A stretch of 62,640 nucleotides of DNA, the filler included, from Rhabdomonas costata (Eukaryota): the NCBI GenBank assembly GCA_019059605.1. It is 45 parts of 45 records of this genome, joined end to end, with 100 filler letters (N's around TTAATTAATTAA, not from the genome) between each part and the next. Parts side by side here need not be neighbours in the genome. Positions count along the whole stretch, not along the records: positions 1 to 1,295 come from JAHMHO010020318.1; positions 1,396 to 2,689 come from JAHMHO010020319.1; positions 2,790 to 4,084 come from JAHMHO010020320.1; positions 4,185 to 5,479 come from JAHMHO010020321.1; positions 5,580 to 6,874 come from JAHMHO010020322.1; positions 6,975 to 8,268 come from JAHMHO010020323.1; positions 8,369 to 9,663 come from JAHMHO010020324.1; positions 9,764 to 11,058 come from JAHMHO010020325.1; 37 more parts are not named here. One strand, given 5' to 3'. The translations under genes were made by a program, and so were the position numbers. Of the stretch, positions 1 through 12,453 are shown in pieces; the stretch's first letter is position 1, and the number at the start of each line of letters is the position of its first letter. The notes beneath the pieces are model-generated. The model was given only the letters and a program-made list of their open reading frames with translations, made no database searches and was not told the DNA's origin.

Positions 1-1295
1 GGGTTTTTGTGCAGTTTGGCCACCGTTTTTGTGCAGTTTGACATTCGCCACCAGACCGTAACAACCACCAAGTCCACGCCTCAGCCGATGGGGGCCAGTG
101 AGCCAACATTAGGGCGCACCCCACGCACCGGCACAAAAAGGGAGCAAGACACGAAAAAAAAAGGACCAATACGCGCCACCGAACAGGCACACCGCCATCA
201 TTACCCCAACATAATAATGCCCATTGCTCCACGATACCGTAGTCCACTGCGGGTTTTGATTTGAAGTTATCCTGTCTCCTGGGTCTAATTCCGGTGGCCG
301 TTCGCGGCTCACTGGAAGAGGAGCAACCCAATCCATCTTTTCCTTGTTGGCAGACACCGTGGTTCTCAGCATTTTGGTCCAGTGTTAGGGAATTTTTTGG
401 GACCTTGTTGGGACCTTTTGGAAATTCAGTGGTTACAAAGCTGGAAGACAACCTGGCATCGTTATAAAAGGGACACCGATGTCGGGAATTATGTAAAGTG
501 TTGCTGGTGCTCAGGGTGTGCGGGTGTGTGACAGAGGGGCCCACACGATAAGAAGAACTCCAAAAACACGGGAGCCACAAAGCATTTCTCCTAAGGCTGT
601 TGAGATGCAGGGGCTTTCGACTCCTCCGCAAAGCCCGGAAGGCAAGGCGTGACCACCATTGTGTGCCGCACATCACCCAGCATGTAAGCACGATTGACAG
701 CAGGGTTAACAACCATCATGTTCTGTGCAAATGTACCTGTGCATAAGAACACCGTCAAAGACAGCATGTTGTCGCTGAGGACACATTAGGAAGTATCAAC
801 CATTTCTTCTTGGGCTTTAACCATTTTAAATACTTCTATTGCACTTGGGGTTCACAAATTTTACGGAAGCACAAAAAGCTTAAAAAAAGAAGCAACAACT
901 TTCAGCAAAGGCCGAAACTGTAAGACAGACTGTACGCAGGGAAAATGAGGGACTGCGAGGCACTGGCGCAGAGACACCGTCGTTATTTAAGAGGGCTCGG
1001 ACCGATTACGTGGCTCTTGCGACTTCCACGCGTATCCAACTCAATCCGATCCACTCCGCTGTCCATTCGGACAACGAATTTCTCTCCCCTGGTTAGCCTC
1101 GCTCTAGCCTATGGCATCAACCACTCCACGCTCGGTTCTAAAACTCCTCCGAATAAGACTAAACTAATTCGAGCCGCAACTCGTATTAATGAGCCAAACT
1201 CAACGACCGACTTGACCACGTTGCTTCCAGCATCTTGCCTTACCTCGAAGGGGACTTGACCGCCTTCGCTTCGACACGAAACGCTCTGAAGAGGA

Positions 1296-1395
1296 NNNNN
1301 NNNNNNNNNNNNNNNNNNNNNNNNNNNNNNNNNNNNNNNTTAATTAATTAANNNNNNNNNNNNNNNNNNNNNNNNNNNNNNNNNNNNNNNNNNNN
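1296..1395. other. Artificial contig linker N44-TTAATTAATTAA-N44 (first of 44 copies, recurring about every 1394 nt up to 61227-61326)
   Basis: Identical 100-nt spacer with stops in all six frames, repeated at a near-constant period; flanking sequences are unrelated. Confidence 0.99.
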
Positions 1396-2653
1396 GGTTG
1401 TGGGGGCGGCGGCGCCGCCTTCCATGGAGGAGGCCGTGGCCAAAACTTGTGTGGAGGTCCTGGGGAAGATCGGCGAGGGCTTCAGCTCTGCTGAGGTTGT
1501 GAGTGATATGAGGGACTGCGGTTTCGCATGCTGCTGCTGCTGCTGTCGTTTTTATACACGAATATGCAATGCATGACGCATCGCTCTACCCTCAGACCTC
1601 CCACTGCTCACCAAGCTGTACCCGATGTGCCCCTCACTTCGGTATTTCTTCCGTGGTTTTTCCCTGTCCTTCTTCCATCGCTCTGACAACCTCCATTGTC
1701 CGCGCGTGGACAACGCCGAACAGGCTATAATTTTCAACCTGCCCTTCTTTTTCGCTTTGGTCCCGCTGACCATTGAATGTGAATGGTCTCCTCTCGTTCA
1801 AAAAAAAGAAATTGATCGAACTCACAGGGCGATTGGCTCGCTTTGTACAGCATCTATGCTCTGAGAATGGGCCTGGCCAAGTTGACGTCGAGGCTACCAG
1901 GAGGGTTTGGGGAGAAACCCGCACTCAAATTTACAACTAACAGGTGCGAGACTTCCTCCGGCGCAACGGCCCCACGCCTCTTGCGATCTTCCTTCGGCAG
2001 GAGATCAGCCGGTTCACCTTGATGATTGTGAGGACTCGCACCCTGCTGCTCAGGCTTGCGGCTCCTCCGCCCTCACTCCATTTCCCCTAAAGATCTCATT
2101 CGGTCGTAGCTGTCCGTTCCACCTGTATGGAAATTTCTTGTTGCGGGATGCGTTTGCTGGAATCAGGGACGGCGACGATGCCGTGTGTTTTGGCTTGACA
2201 TCCCTTTCACTGTTCGCGTATTCGCACCGCCTTGCATTGTAAGGGTTTGAGGTACTGGGAGTGACAGGGCTCAAAGCCGGGAGGCCTGTAGGATCCATAA
2301 AACCGAAGACAGGTAACACGATGAGTGTTAAGACCGCGACTGAAAACCCGGGGCTCAGCAGTGCCCTGAACCTACCTCTGTTTTGCTAAGAATGAATATG
2401 GCACCATTTAGCAGGAATCAAAATATAACGTATACCCTTTGAATGTCCCATGCCTTGACAATCCTCAGCCTGAAGCTCGCGGTGGAGGGCACGATCCCGA
2501 TGACCTCAGAGCTGCAGGACGCGATGACAAGCTTGCACAATGCCACGTTGCCGGAGGCCGTGGTGAGGGTTTCGTGGCCATGCCCTGCGGTGGGTTACTG
2601 GCTGGAGGACGTCGCCCGAAGGATGACGCAGTTCTCCACATGGTTGGCCAAAG
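1396..2653 (+). CDS. Axonemal dynein heavy chain, C-terminal region (DNAH5/8, outer-arm gamma-like), partial; exons 1396-1495, 1944-2053, 2469-2653
   Basis: Spliced translation ...MEEAVAKTCVEVLGKIGEGFSSAE|VRDFLRRNGPTPLAIFLRQEISRFTLMIVRTRTLLLS|LKLAVEGTIPMTSELQDAMTSLHNATLPEAVVRVSWPCPAVGYWLEDVARRMTQFSTWLAKG is colinear with the dynein motifs IFLRQEIDR...LKLAIDGTIIMS...SW...LGFW. Intron 1 is GT-AG with CTAAC just before the AG; intron 2 is GC-AG. Confidence 0.85.
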
Positions 2654-5600
2654 GTATGTGTCTGGTCCCAGTCAGTAACCCACCCACACNNNNNNNNNNN
2701 NNNNNNNNNNNNNNNNNNNNNNNNNNNNNNNNNTTAATTAATTAANNNNNNNNNNNNNNNNNNNNNNNNNNNNNNNNNNNNNNNNNNNNGGGGGTTGGGT
2801 ACTAACGCGCGACGTGAACAAAATGAATGTCTGAAAAACGAAGTGACAGTACACTGTTAAAGAAGATAACAAGACAAGAAAAAGACAATCTAGCGCGACT
2901 ATACAATACAACCTAATTGATCTACTACCACGTTAGGCAAGTTCTCTCGACTGCTGTTTGGAGCTTTCGCATCCGAAACAGTCGGTTGCACATCCTTCAA
3001 CGAGTGCGATGATTGGGGGGTCGTGATTCATCATTACCACCGGCCTGTAATGGAGCAAACTCAGCGTCTCCTTGCAATTTAAAGGAAACATGGGAGTTGA
3101 TTTCGTAGGCTGGTACCAGAGCTCTTTAGAGCTGGTGTAGTTGAAGGCGCTCACTTGCTGAAAAGATCGCGGTGTTCTCAGCCTTGGAGCCTAGATGGGC
3201 ATCTGCGGATGTGGAAATGTGGCTTGCGGCTGGTATGCCTCGGTGTTCCAGCGGCTGTGGCGGGCCCGCTTGGCTGGAGGTGGCTCAGATGAGGCTGGGT
3301 GTTCATCACGCTCTGTCGGGGGGGCCGTAGAGTTGTCGATGTCGCGGAGAAGTTTGGGTCGTGTAACAACTTTCATAGCGCTTGGGTGCCCGGGAATGGT
3401 TGCTAGTGGTTGCAGGAGCCCGTTGCCGACGTCGCGCGACGGAGGTTCCACGGGCTTCCACTGCTCGCTGCTGAAGCTGAGAGGGAGTGGTGCCAGTGTC
3501 TGCGGGGACCGTGGCCGAGGCTGCGGTGTGAGAAGGCGGTGCAGGACACTTCACCGCCTTCTCACACCTCCTCACCTGGAGCTGAGGTGGAAGAAGCGGT
3601 AGCAGTAATCAGTGGGTCGTAGCCCGTACGGTTCATTGAGGCGCTGAGTCATGTGTTATTACCATGACGTATTTTAGACCGAATAAAAACCTGCAAATCG
3701 AGAACGACGTGTTTACTAGGCACACACATAGAGTCGCCAATTCAATTCAAGCTGCACAACAACTGTAAGTTCAGGCTCAGTTCAAGTTTGCTTTCTTCGT
3801 ATCAGCAACATGTCGCATGTCTTAAAGCAGTGGTGCGGTCAGTCAGCCTCGCAGCGGCCACAGACAAAAGAAGAAAAATCCACTGCCAGCAGGAATGCGA
3901 TACGCGTGCCAAGGGCAAAGGCGGACAATTACTCGCTGTCTGAGGACTGCGAAGAAAAGAAATGAAAAATGCCACGGAAACAAAAACGCGGTTACACTAC
4001 CAAAAACAATTACTAAACACTACTTAAACAGGCACCGTTCTCACAGCAACTATCCCGTCACTTTAATCCATGTCCCACAAACCCNNNNNNNNNNNNNNNN
4101 NNNNNNNNNNNNNNNNNNNNNNNNNNNNTTAATTAATTAANNNNNNNNNNNNNNNNNNNNNNNNNNNNNNNNNNNNNNNNNNNNCGGCGTTTGCCTTTGT
4201 CACTGTACTCGCCACTTTGAGGTCTGCCGCTTTGTTTGCTGTATTGGAGCTCCTTGTCCATCAGATCTCTGCTAGGCTCTTTTTTCAACGAGGTGGGCGC
4301 ATTCTCTGGTTTGTGTGTAGTCTGCTGGAACTGGAACAATCTGAGGATTTATCGCACATTTCTCAGAGGAGTCAGGAGATTTGGAGGTTGAGCGGCCAGG
4401 ATCACTATGCTCTTCTTTCTTCGGTATCTCTGCCAATCTCCGCATCGAGGCTCGCAATCTTGCTGCACGCTGAAGACCTGCGCAATTTCTCTGTCAGTAG
4501 GCAAGTTCCCCGCGAAGGTTGCTGGACCCGACTTCCAGAAAAGACGTTGTATTTCGATCTGGAGGACATTGGGGTGGACTCGAGTGGCTAGTGCCTCACC
4601 GTGTCCAATTGCACTTGTTGCGGACATTGGGCCACTGATTGCTGCGCAAACGGCACGTTAGCGGCCTGCTGTGCATCCTCGCGTTTTGCTGAAAGATTTT
4701 CACGCGCTCTCCACTGCTTTGTCGAGTGTGCTTGGCTCTACGTGTTTCATCAATTTCCGCTGAAGATAGTGGTCCAAACTCTCACTCAATGAGAGATGAA
4801 CATTTCGAATGTCTCCACTGTGGAATGTAACTTCGGCCAATCACCTCTCATGCTCCAGTGGGCGGCTCGAAGAGCGATAAGTGCGCAATGGATGACTAAT
4901 GCACCCGGCAGCTTCCGCTGCTCTCTCATGATATGGCACTTCAGGATCCAGGGCAGGACGTGATCCGTGTGAAGGCAGGGAATTGATAGTCTTTACCCAT
5001 TAATTTCTTGAGCGGAATTATAAAATAAGCGGCTGCTAGATGAGATGCTGATTGTCGTGGGCACTGCGCTAGAAAAACATCTGCGCCGCAAGCATCTCAC
5101 GATGTATTGCTTGCAACGGACCGGCCGTTGCTTGCGCAATGATCTGATCAAGAAGTTCAGTGGTGAGGGATACGGTCACTCCTGGCTGATGTGATCCACT
5201 CATTGACTGCAATTAACCTTTGGAATCATCCCTCAAGTGAAAAAATGGAGCGGCCACAACCAAATTAAGCTGAGGGCTTCTTTTGCAACGAAATAATGGA
5301 AGGGACAGGCCCAATTCATATTTCGTGTGACGTGGAGGTTCAGTTGTTTGACCTGTCCGTGTAAAACAAGATACAAAGAACAGAACCTCCAGGGTGGGAT
5401 TATGGCGTCCTTTTTATCAAAAGAAAATCGAAGGAATATTCCCACTTAAAAGGCTTGGAAAACGACACTACCCAACCCCNNNNNNNNNNNNNNNNNNNNN
5501 NNNNNNNNNNNNNNNNNNNNNNNTTAATTAATTAANNNNNNNNNNNNNNNNNNNNNNNNNNNNNNNNNNNNNNNNNNNNGGGGGTGTTGAGGCCAAAGAG

Positions 5601-6209
5601 GCGAATGACACCTACCAAGACAGTTCGGGTGGTTTGAAGATAGCCCGATGTTGTTTCTGTGACCAGCTTCAGTGCAGTATCGCAACCCAATCATGTCTGG
5701 GTGCTCTAATGTGCGATTCGGTGAACGCCTGTGACTTTTTCATGCTTTTCATGCTTTGCCGTTCTTGGATTTTTGATTCTGTCACCCTGAATGTTCGCGT
5801 TCAGCCCTTTGCTTCTCTGCTCTTGTGCTGCTGTGATTTCGTGTTGTTTTTGATGCGTTCTTGTATGTCCGCTTGCTGGTTTTGAATGTGTCTCAGCGTC
5901 TCGTTACGAGCTCGTGTGCGATATCATCCCACCCCCCATCATTGAGCTGACGGTCCCTTCCCTGTTCTGCTGAACATGCTGGCAAAGTTTAAGTCTGGTG
6001 TGCCGAAGAGATGGGGTGATGTGCAATTGGATCTCTTGGGTCCCTCGGCGCTCGTGGGTTCGCTCGCATTCTGCGCCATTGCTTTGTTCATTTGAAAAAT
6101 ACTAAAGCGATACACGGGTGCGCAATTTTGCGGGGCGGGCGCTCTCTTAGGTCGGTCCGGTGACGGCAACCTCACTGTGGAGAATGGCCGCTTTCAACAC
6201 CGTCACCCC

Positions 6210-6272
6210 ATGGCGTACACGCAGCTGGTTATGCTGCAAGCCCTGGCCCGCGGCTGGCTGGCCCGGAGAAGG
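6210..6272 (+). CDS. Exon portion with an IQ calmodulin-binding motif; probably part of a multi-exon gene across this contig
   Basis: MAYTQLVMLQALARGWLARRR fits [IL]QxxxRGxxxR and is followed by GT at 6273. Confidence 0.4.
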
Positions 6273-7144
6273 GTTGCTCCTGTTTTTCCTTTTGGTTTAT
6301 CTTCCCTGATGGCTGAGCCTTCACTAAATCACTGAGCCTTCCTTGGGTTTGTTCTGCACCAAATCGTTCTCACGGAGCTCATGCTTTTTCCTGTGAAACG
6401 AAGAGCTTGCTTGAAAAAGAAGCTCACCCGGAGTTATATGGAAGCTCCCCTTCTTCCTGTGGTTTCATGATCCCTGGTTTCCCCCGGTGTGTCCTTCTTT
6501 TGTGTCACTTTCGGTACTTTTTCATCAAGCCGTCGAGCAGTACGACGCACCCGAAGAGGAGTCAGCATCCGCATATCCTTTCCAATTTTGAGTTCGGATA
6601 CCATCATCAACAGATCATTGATGAGTGGATGGAGGGTGTCAGGGGTTCTTTGCATTTGACTTGTAGGCCAAAGAGCTTCGAGCACGGCAATTGCTGATGC
6701 AGTACAATGTAACTCACGGGGGTCCACCGATGCCCCTTTCTCCGGCGGAAGGCTCTCATGGAGATGACACCTCTGTGATGGAGCCTGAGGGCCAGAAAAT
6801 GGTTTGTGCCTTTTCTTCTCAGCACCTGAATGGCAACCACACGGTGCTTGTTTGTCCAACCAACCACAACCCCCNNNNNNNNNNNNNNNNNNNNNNNNNN
6901 NNNNNNNNNNNNNNNNNNTTAATTAATTAANNNNNNNNNNNNNNNNNNNNNNNNNNNNNNNNNNNNNNNNNNNNGCTCAGATTCAGAAGTGCTCAGAAGT
7001 GTATATCACGCCAAAGTCGGAGGGGTGTTCCCGCCTCCCCTTGAGACCACTTCGGCTTTCCACTTGCACCCGCTTTGAGATGAGCACAGTCACTGGGATG
7101 GTAGGCAGCTGGGGACGCGGAGTGGAAGCGGAGGGGAGGTGTAC

Positions 7145-7761
7145 CCTGAGCAGCAGAATTTCCCTGCGGTGATGCAGTAGGGCTCCACGGGGACGGCGCT
7201 GCTACAACAGATGGGGTACTGATCACTGCACGCCTGTGAAAGGAGCGAGATAAACTTTTGGAATCAACTAGAAACGTTTGAAAAAGAACCTTTGGGTGAC
7301 AAGCTACACACGACACGCACAAAAATCAGCTTTGGGCAAAAAGGGAGAAGCTGCCGGCGATGCAAAATAACATAAATTTCAATATTCTGTCAGAATAATA
7401 CAAAACACAAAAGGAGTCCTTCCCCTTCCCCCCGATGTCATGAAGCGGGCAAGGTAAAAGTGCAATCTCTTTTTTATTTTCGACATATTTTTCGCTCTGA
7501 ATTCCGGTGGCGGACAACTGGCCGACAGAAAGGAGGCGCCCGCGCTACCAGGCCGTTGCCGCAGTCCACGTTCCAGTTGGTCTGCACGCCACCCCTGCGG
7601 TTCAGCTCCAACGGCCCAGCGGTGTTCAGAGCGCTTGGAGTCTCTTCTGAGGGCTCTGCCAGCTGCGCCACAGGCCCCTCGGCCGCAGCTGCGACCACAG
7701 CAAGCAACGCCATCCCCACCACCATGGCCACCAATCCACCCCAGCAAAGCCGGGAGGGCAT
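7145..7761 (-). CDS. Secreted Cys-rich protein, 5' part; exons 7761-7549 and about 7233-7145
   Basis: Hydrophobic signal peptide MPSRLCWGGLVAMVVGMALLAVVAAAAE; a GT-AG join gives DCGNGL|ACSDQYPICCSSAVPVEPYCITAGKFCCSG. Confidence 0.5.
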
Positions 7762-8368
7762 CAGTTTTTTCCGCCAAAGAAAGGAAAACGCACTTACAGC
7801 AAAGCAAGCCTTGTCTTCAGCTCGTCTTGACCAACGCTATTTTTTTCTTTTGAAATTTGGAATAAATAACGCGGTAACCCGCGCGTGGTGATGAAACGAA
7901 GAATCCGGGCAAAAGAAAATACGAAAGTATGGTGCACGAGAAGTGGGAGAGAACCATAAAAAAGCTGTGCGGCAACGAAGCCAGAAAAAAGAAGGGGGCA
8001 AGGGACAGCCTTTTGCCCTCTTGTCGGCTACACAGACGGTATGACACAGGAACGTAAGAAGCAGTGATCTTTTTCGGTGCACGGCACGAGTGCATAGCAT
8101 ATGACAGTGGACACTCCGTGCTGCAAATTGTCTGAATAGCATCACTCACCACGAAGGAGGGCCGACGGGTTGACCGTGAGACTACAAGTAAAAGAGTGAC
8201 AGAAAACCAATTGCAGCAGCCGGATCTTCGCCACAGCGCACAAACAGAGCACCAACACAAACAAACACNNNNNNNNNNNNNNNNNNNNNNNNNNNNNNNN
8301 NNNNNNNNNNNNTTAATTAATTAANNNNNNNNNNNNNNNNNNNNNNNNNNNNNNNNNNNNNNNNNNNN

Positions 8369-9663
8369 GTTTTTTTGTGGTACTTCAGAGATGCTGTTAC
8401 TTCTGATGACGCTACTATTGTGCACACGTTCTCAGCGGTCGTAAAACGATCAGGTGGACACACAGGACAATTCTGCAAGATGTAATGACGTGTTCATTTG
8501 TGTTTATTCCCGTTCCATTCCAATTTTGTTTTGTCAAATTCCAGACGTTATCAACAGAAAATATTGACCAAATGTGTATCAATTCTGCGCACAGTATGTC
8601 ATGTACACTGTCACAAATTGTCACAGTGCAAAGTTCTTACATGCAATTAAAGTCAACTTGTTTCTTTGCGTCAACGTTTTTCCACATTTGGTAACTTTCA
8701 ACTTTATTTTACTTTGGACAAAACTGCACAGAGTACTGCTAATTGTGTAAATATTCTCGACAAAAATGTACGCAAAGTCCCTGATGAAACGATTTGTGTT
8801 CCATGCCGTACGCCATATCAGCATCTTAAGTGTCAAGAGCCTCAATTGTTGAGAGTGTACTAGGAAATGACACCATCAATACGCACTCAGTTCCACTAAG
8901 AGGATTTCGGTAACATAAGCTGCACATACCTTTACACATGTGATTTTTCTCCTCTCATTTTTAACTGACCCTGAAAACAACTTGCAACTGATGTCTGTGA
9001 TTCAAAGTCAAATTATCATTTGAATCATTTGAAAGCTGGTTTTTCCACTACTGCAGGTATTACCGCAATTGCTGCACCTTTTTGTATGATGAGCCATATC
9101 GAAAGTAAGATTCAAGTAATAGTAGTACGATCTTTTGTCAATAAAATCATTCAGAAGTACCACAATGTACGTGTTTGCAAAATAATTTGTTATTATCCAC
9201 AGTTGAATCATTGTAGACATGAGCATAGTGTACTATGTGGACACAATGTGTGAGTATTCTACCAGCACTATAGATTCTAAGATGTTGACAGCGTTTACTG
9301 CAATCTTCAGGAACGTTCCAATCATACGAAATTATCAGTTGATGAGGTGCTAATCAATAGATCAATAGATCAATTTAAACTATTCCATAAGAATGACCGT
9401 GCTGTGAAAGCTGGAAAGCTGTGTCAAGCTCCATTGTTTTTAATATTATAAGCTCTCTGTAATGGAAGAAGTGTGCCATTTTGTATTCCGTCAGTCTATC
9501 TTTCAGTATTCAAGATTTTTGTGTGATATGCGTGTTTATATTGTAGTACTCAACGGCATTCGGTGTCATGATATCAACGTAGACCAGCTGTTCTTTGTTC
9601 CACTATCCTCTTCCACTGCCAGTTAATTGTACCAATGGTACCTGGAACTGTAAAAAACAAACA
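8369..9663 (-). mobile_element. AT-rich decayed sequence, possibly the N-terminal part of a Helitron RepHel
   Basis: Composition matches the two better-supported Helitron contigs; only faint motif remnants (IFSVDNV resembling QYxVDxY, CRIVL resembling GxRIILP). Confidence 0.25.
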
Positions 9664-11158
9664 NNNNNNNNNNNNNNNNNNNNNNNNNNNNNNNNNNNNN
9701 NNNNNNNTTAATTAATTAANNNNNNNNNNNNNNNNNNNNNNNNNNNNNNNNNNNNNNNNNNNNAATGATAAAGATTCTCCAAAAAAATCTTCATGGTAAC
9801 CGTCCCTCTCGAAGCCAGGGCGGCGTAGGGGTGTGCTCCCGCCCCGCCGGCCCCCAGGTGCTCCCGGGGAACCGGCATCATCATCCGGCAGAACATGAAG
9901 CACAGCAGAAAGGGCCACAGTAAACTGCGCCGCCGATGGGGCTCATCGGCAACGAACATTTTTGGGACCCTCCAACGCGATGGGCCCGGCACAGCGAAAG
10001 AAAGAAGAAATAAATAAGTCAAGGGGAAGTCAAGCTGCACATGGAAGAGGAGGCTTCAGTTGAGGGACCATACGCTTCATTCTTCCACTGTTGCTCGAGT
10101 ACACAAAACGCATTGAGCGAGACGAAAGAACAACAACAACATAAAGCAACGAGGACGGCTTGCGTGCGTGCGGTTGCTAGGGCGATCGATTCCATTGAAT
10201 AAGTTCGCTTATAGAGCATTTTGATACCACGGCAAATGTACAGAGTGAGGTGCGTGCATGAAGCGCGAGTTGGGTTGAAAGTGAAGACGGCGGAATATGT
10301 CCTGTTGTCATTGAGGAGATCTCAAACCCGTTTTTATTACCAGGAAAAGTTATCGATCCACCCACTCCTTCTTGTTACCCCATCCCCATCCCCGTCTCCC
10401 AGTGCTTCTGTTTTCAAAGGAGTTTCGGAACACCTGATGAAAGAAGAGGGAGAGAAGCGGGATGCACTTTCGAAAACGGCGGGAAACCTCATGACCACCG
10501 GTTCTGGTGATGCACGAATTTAATCGTAATCAATACGGAACGAAAACGAAGAGAAATTGCGAAGTGGGAGTTCGTTTGGCTGATATGCTGAGAATCTTCT
10601 ATTTTCACAGTTTGTGATCAGAGCTCTGTTTCTTTTCCTTTGGAAAGAGCGCAAACGGACGAGTTGACAGACCTGACAGAGGCAGCGTGGCAAGTCACAC
10701 AATGTAACACGGGTAATTACCCCCAACAACGAAGATCCGTGCAAGCAAAACCCGCAGTACATCCGAGTTTTCGGATTTAGTCAAGGCACGGCCGAGCAGC
10801 AGTTCATGGCACAGGAGCCTCTTCCTTGGCATCCGCCGTTAAGGCGACCAACACAGGAGCAATGGCTGACACGGCCTTTTCATGGAGGGCGATGGTGGGC
10901 GCAGCCAGCAAGCCCTCCTGAAAAGGGAGTTTGGCATACAATGGTCCCTCTACGTGAAAGTCCAGTCACTGTGTCGCCTAATTTGTTGTCAAGAAGCGAA
11001 GTGATGCAAGCAGTTCGCAGCTAATAACTGGTTTCCTACCAGTAGCCACAGCGAATCANNNNNNNNNNNNNNNNNNNNNNNNNNNNNNNNNNNNNNNNNN
11101 NNTTAATTAATTAANNNNNNNNNNNNNNNNNNNNNNNNNNNNNNNNNNNNNNNNNNNN

Positions 11159-12453
11159 GGGTTGTGTTAATTTTCACATGGAATTTATTGCGTATAAATT
11201 CACGTCCAATTGTTTTGTGACAACACTCCCTTGATAAATGATAAAGACAATAACATCTATCAAACGTACAATTTTATGAGTTTATGCCAGATGCCTTCAT
11301 GTCTGTTTCCAATTGTAGCGATAGTAATATCGTGCTGGCAGTGGTGCTATTGGAATGTATGAAACAACACAGTGACAGACTGCAATGTAGATATTAGTGC
11401 ATGCATATTTTAGCAGTCTTTGCAATTTAATGGACATCGGTAATACCACAGCACATCAGTACAGAGTGCGAAAGTGAGGCGTGCATACTACTATAGCTCT
11501 CAATGCTGCAAGTTTTGAAATCTCTCCATTTTACATTTTTAACGCGTTTGGTATATTGTTGTGTAGTTTACTGTTTATTGCTGGATTAGTGTATTATGAA
11601 CTACGTGTTTCATATCTTTATATAGCGCTACATTTTCTCTGGGAAATTTGGTAATAGTGGAAATGATTCAGTGTCATTGGCTAGTTTATGGCGTCCAACG
11701 TGGCTGTGGTATGTTAATGTGTGCATTGTGAAGTGTCTAAACCACAAAAAATCAATCAAAATATTCAATGAATGGAAGTAAACAGAAAACTGAATGTCTA
11801 ATAAACTAACAAATGAGAATATAGTGGCGCAAGTAAACATTCAGTTTAGTTCCTGAGCAAGAGATGTGTTTTTGCGCGTTAAAAGTTAACAAATTATACG
11901 CACCTTATAATCATCATGTTTGGCATGCATTTTGTTATATGTTATTAGTGAATACGTTTTGCAGATATATTATTATCAGAAACAATCTGAATTCTTTTTG
12001 CACGTTAATATTACCGGTAATCATTTGATACATCTAATACGACACTTATCGTGTTTTCAAATGTCATCTCTTACCACTTAAGTAATCCATATTTCTGAAA
12101 AGGTGCATCCGTACATACGGAGTGTTGTACATCACAATAAAATGCAGTACAGTTAGATTTTGCTATACACGTGTCAATATGTTACAATACAACTATGCAG
12201 TAGTGCTTGCGTTGCGTTTTTAGATTCAATTATTTCTTAGAGTGGTGGCTACTATAGAGTTTCCACTCAAACGCGCGCAATCAAAAACAAGAGAGCTAAA
12301 TTGGACATCAGTCACAAGAAACCTGGATATAACAAAAGCAGCAAAGTGTGTCATGAACACCTGGTTTATGTCTCCTTTACACACACAAGAGCTGCACAAA
12401 ATAGTGTCACCACTTTGATGCACGTATCGTATCCTGCTCACACCCCCCACACC
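11159..12453 (+). mobile_element. Decayed Pif1-type helicase (Helitron RepHel helicase domain), pseudogenised
   Basis: Ordered remnants: RAGSGA (11331-11348, Walker A-like), GNTTAH (11439-11456, like GGxTAHS), FSGK followed by VIV (about 11635-11660, like FGGKxVVxGGD), SIKIFNEWK then MR (to about 11818, like SxKxSxLW...NMR); many stops and frameshifts. Confidence 0.5.

Noticed and set aside
1340-1351. TTAATTAATTAA repeated at a regular interval, superficially like a CRISPR or tandem array
   Set aside because: It is embedded in N runs and is a standard six-frame-stop joining linker
4185-5479. Minus-strand gag-like or zinc-knuckle-like decayed sequence
   Set aside because: The Cys/His residues are not preserved; not enough to call
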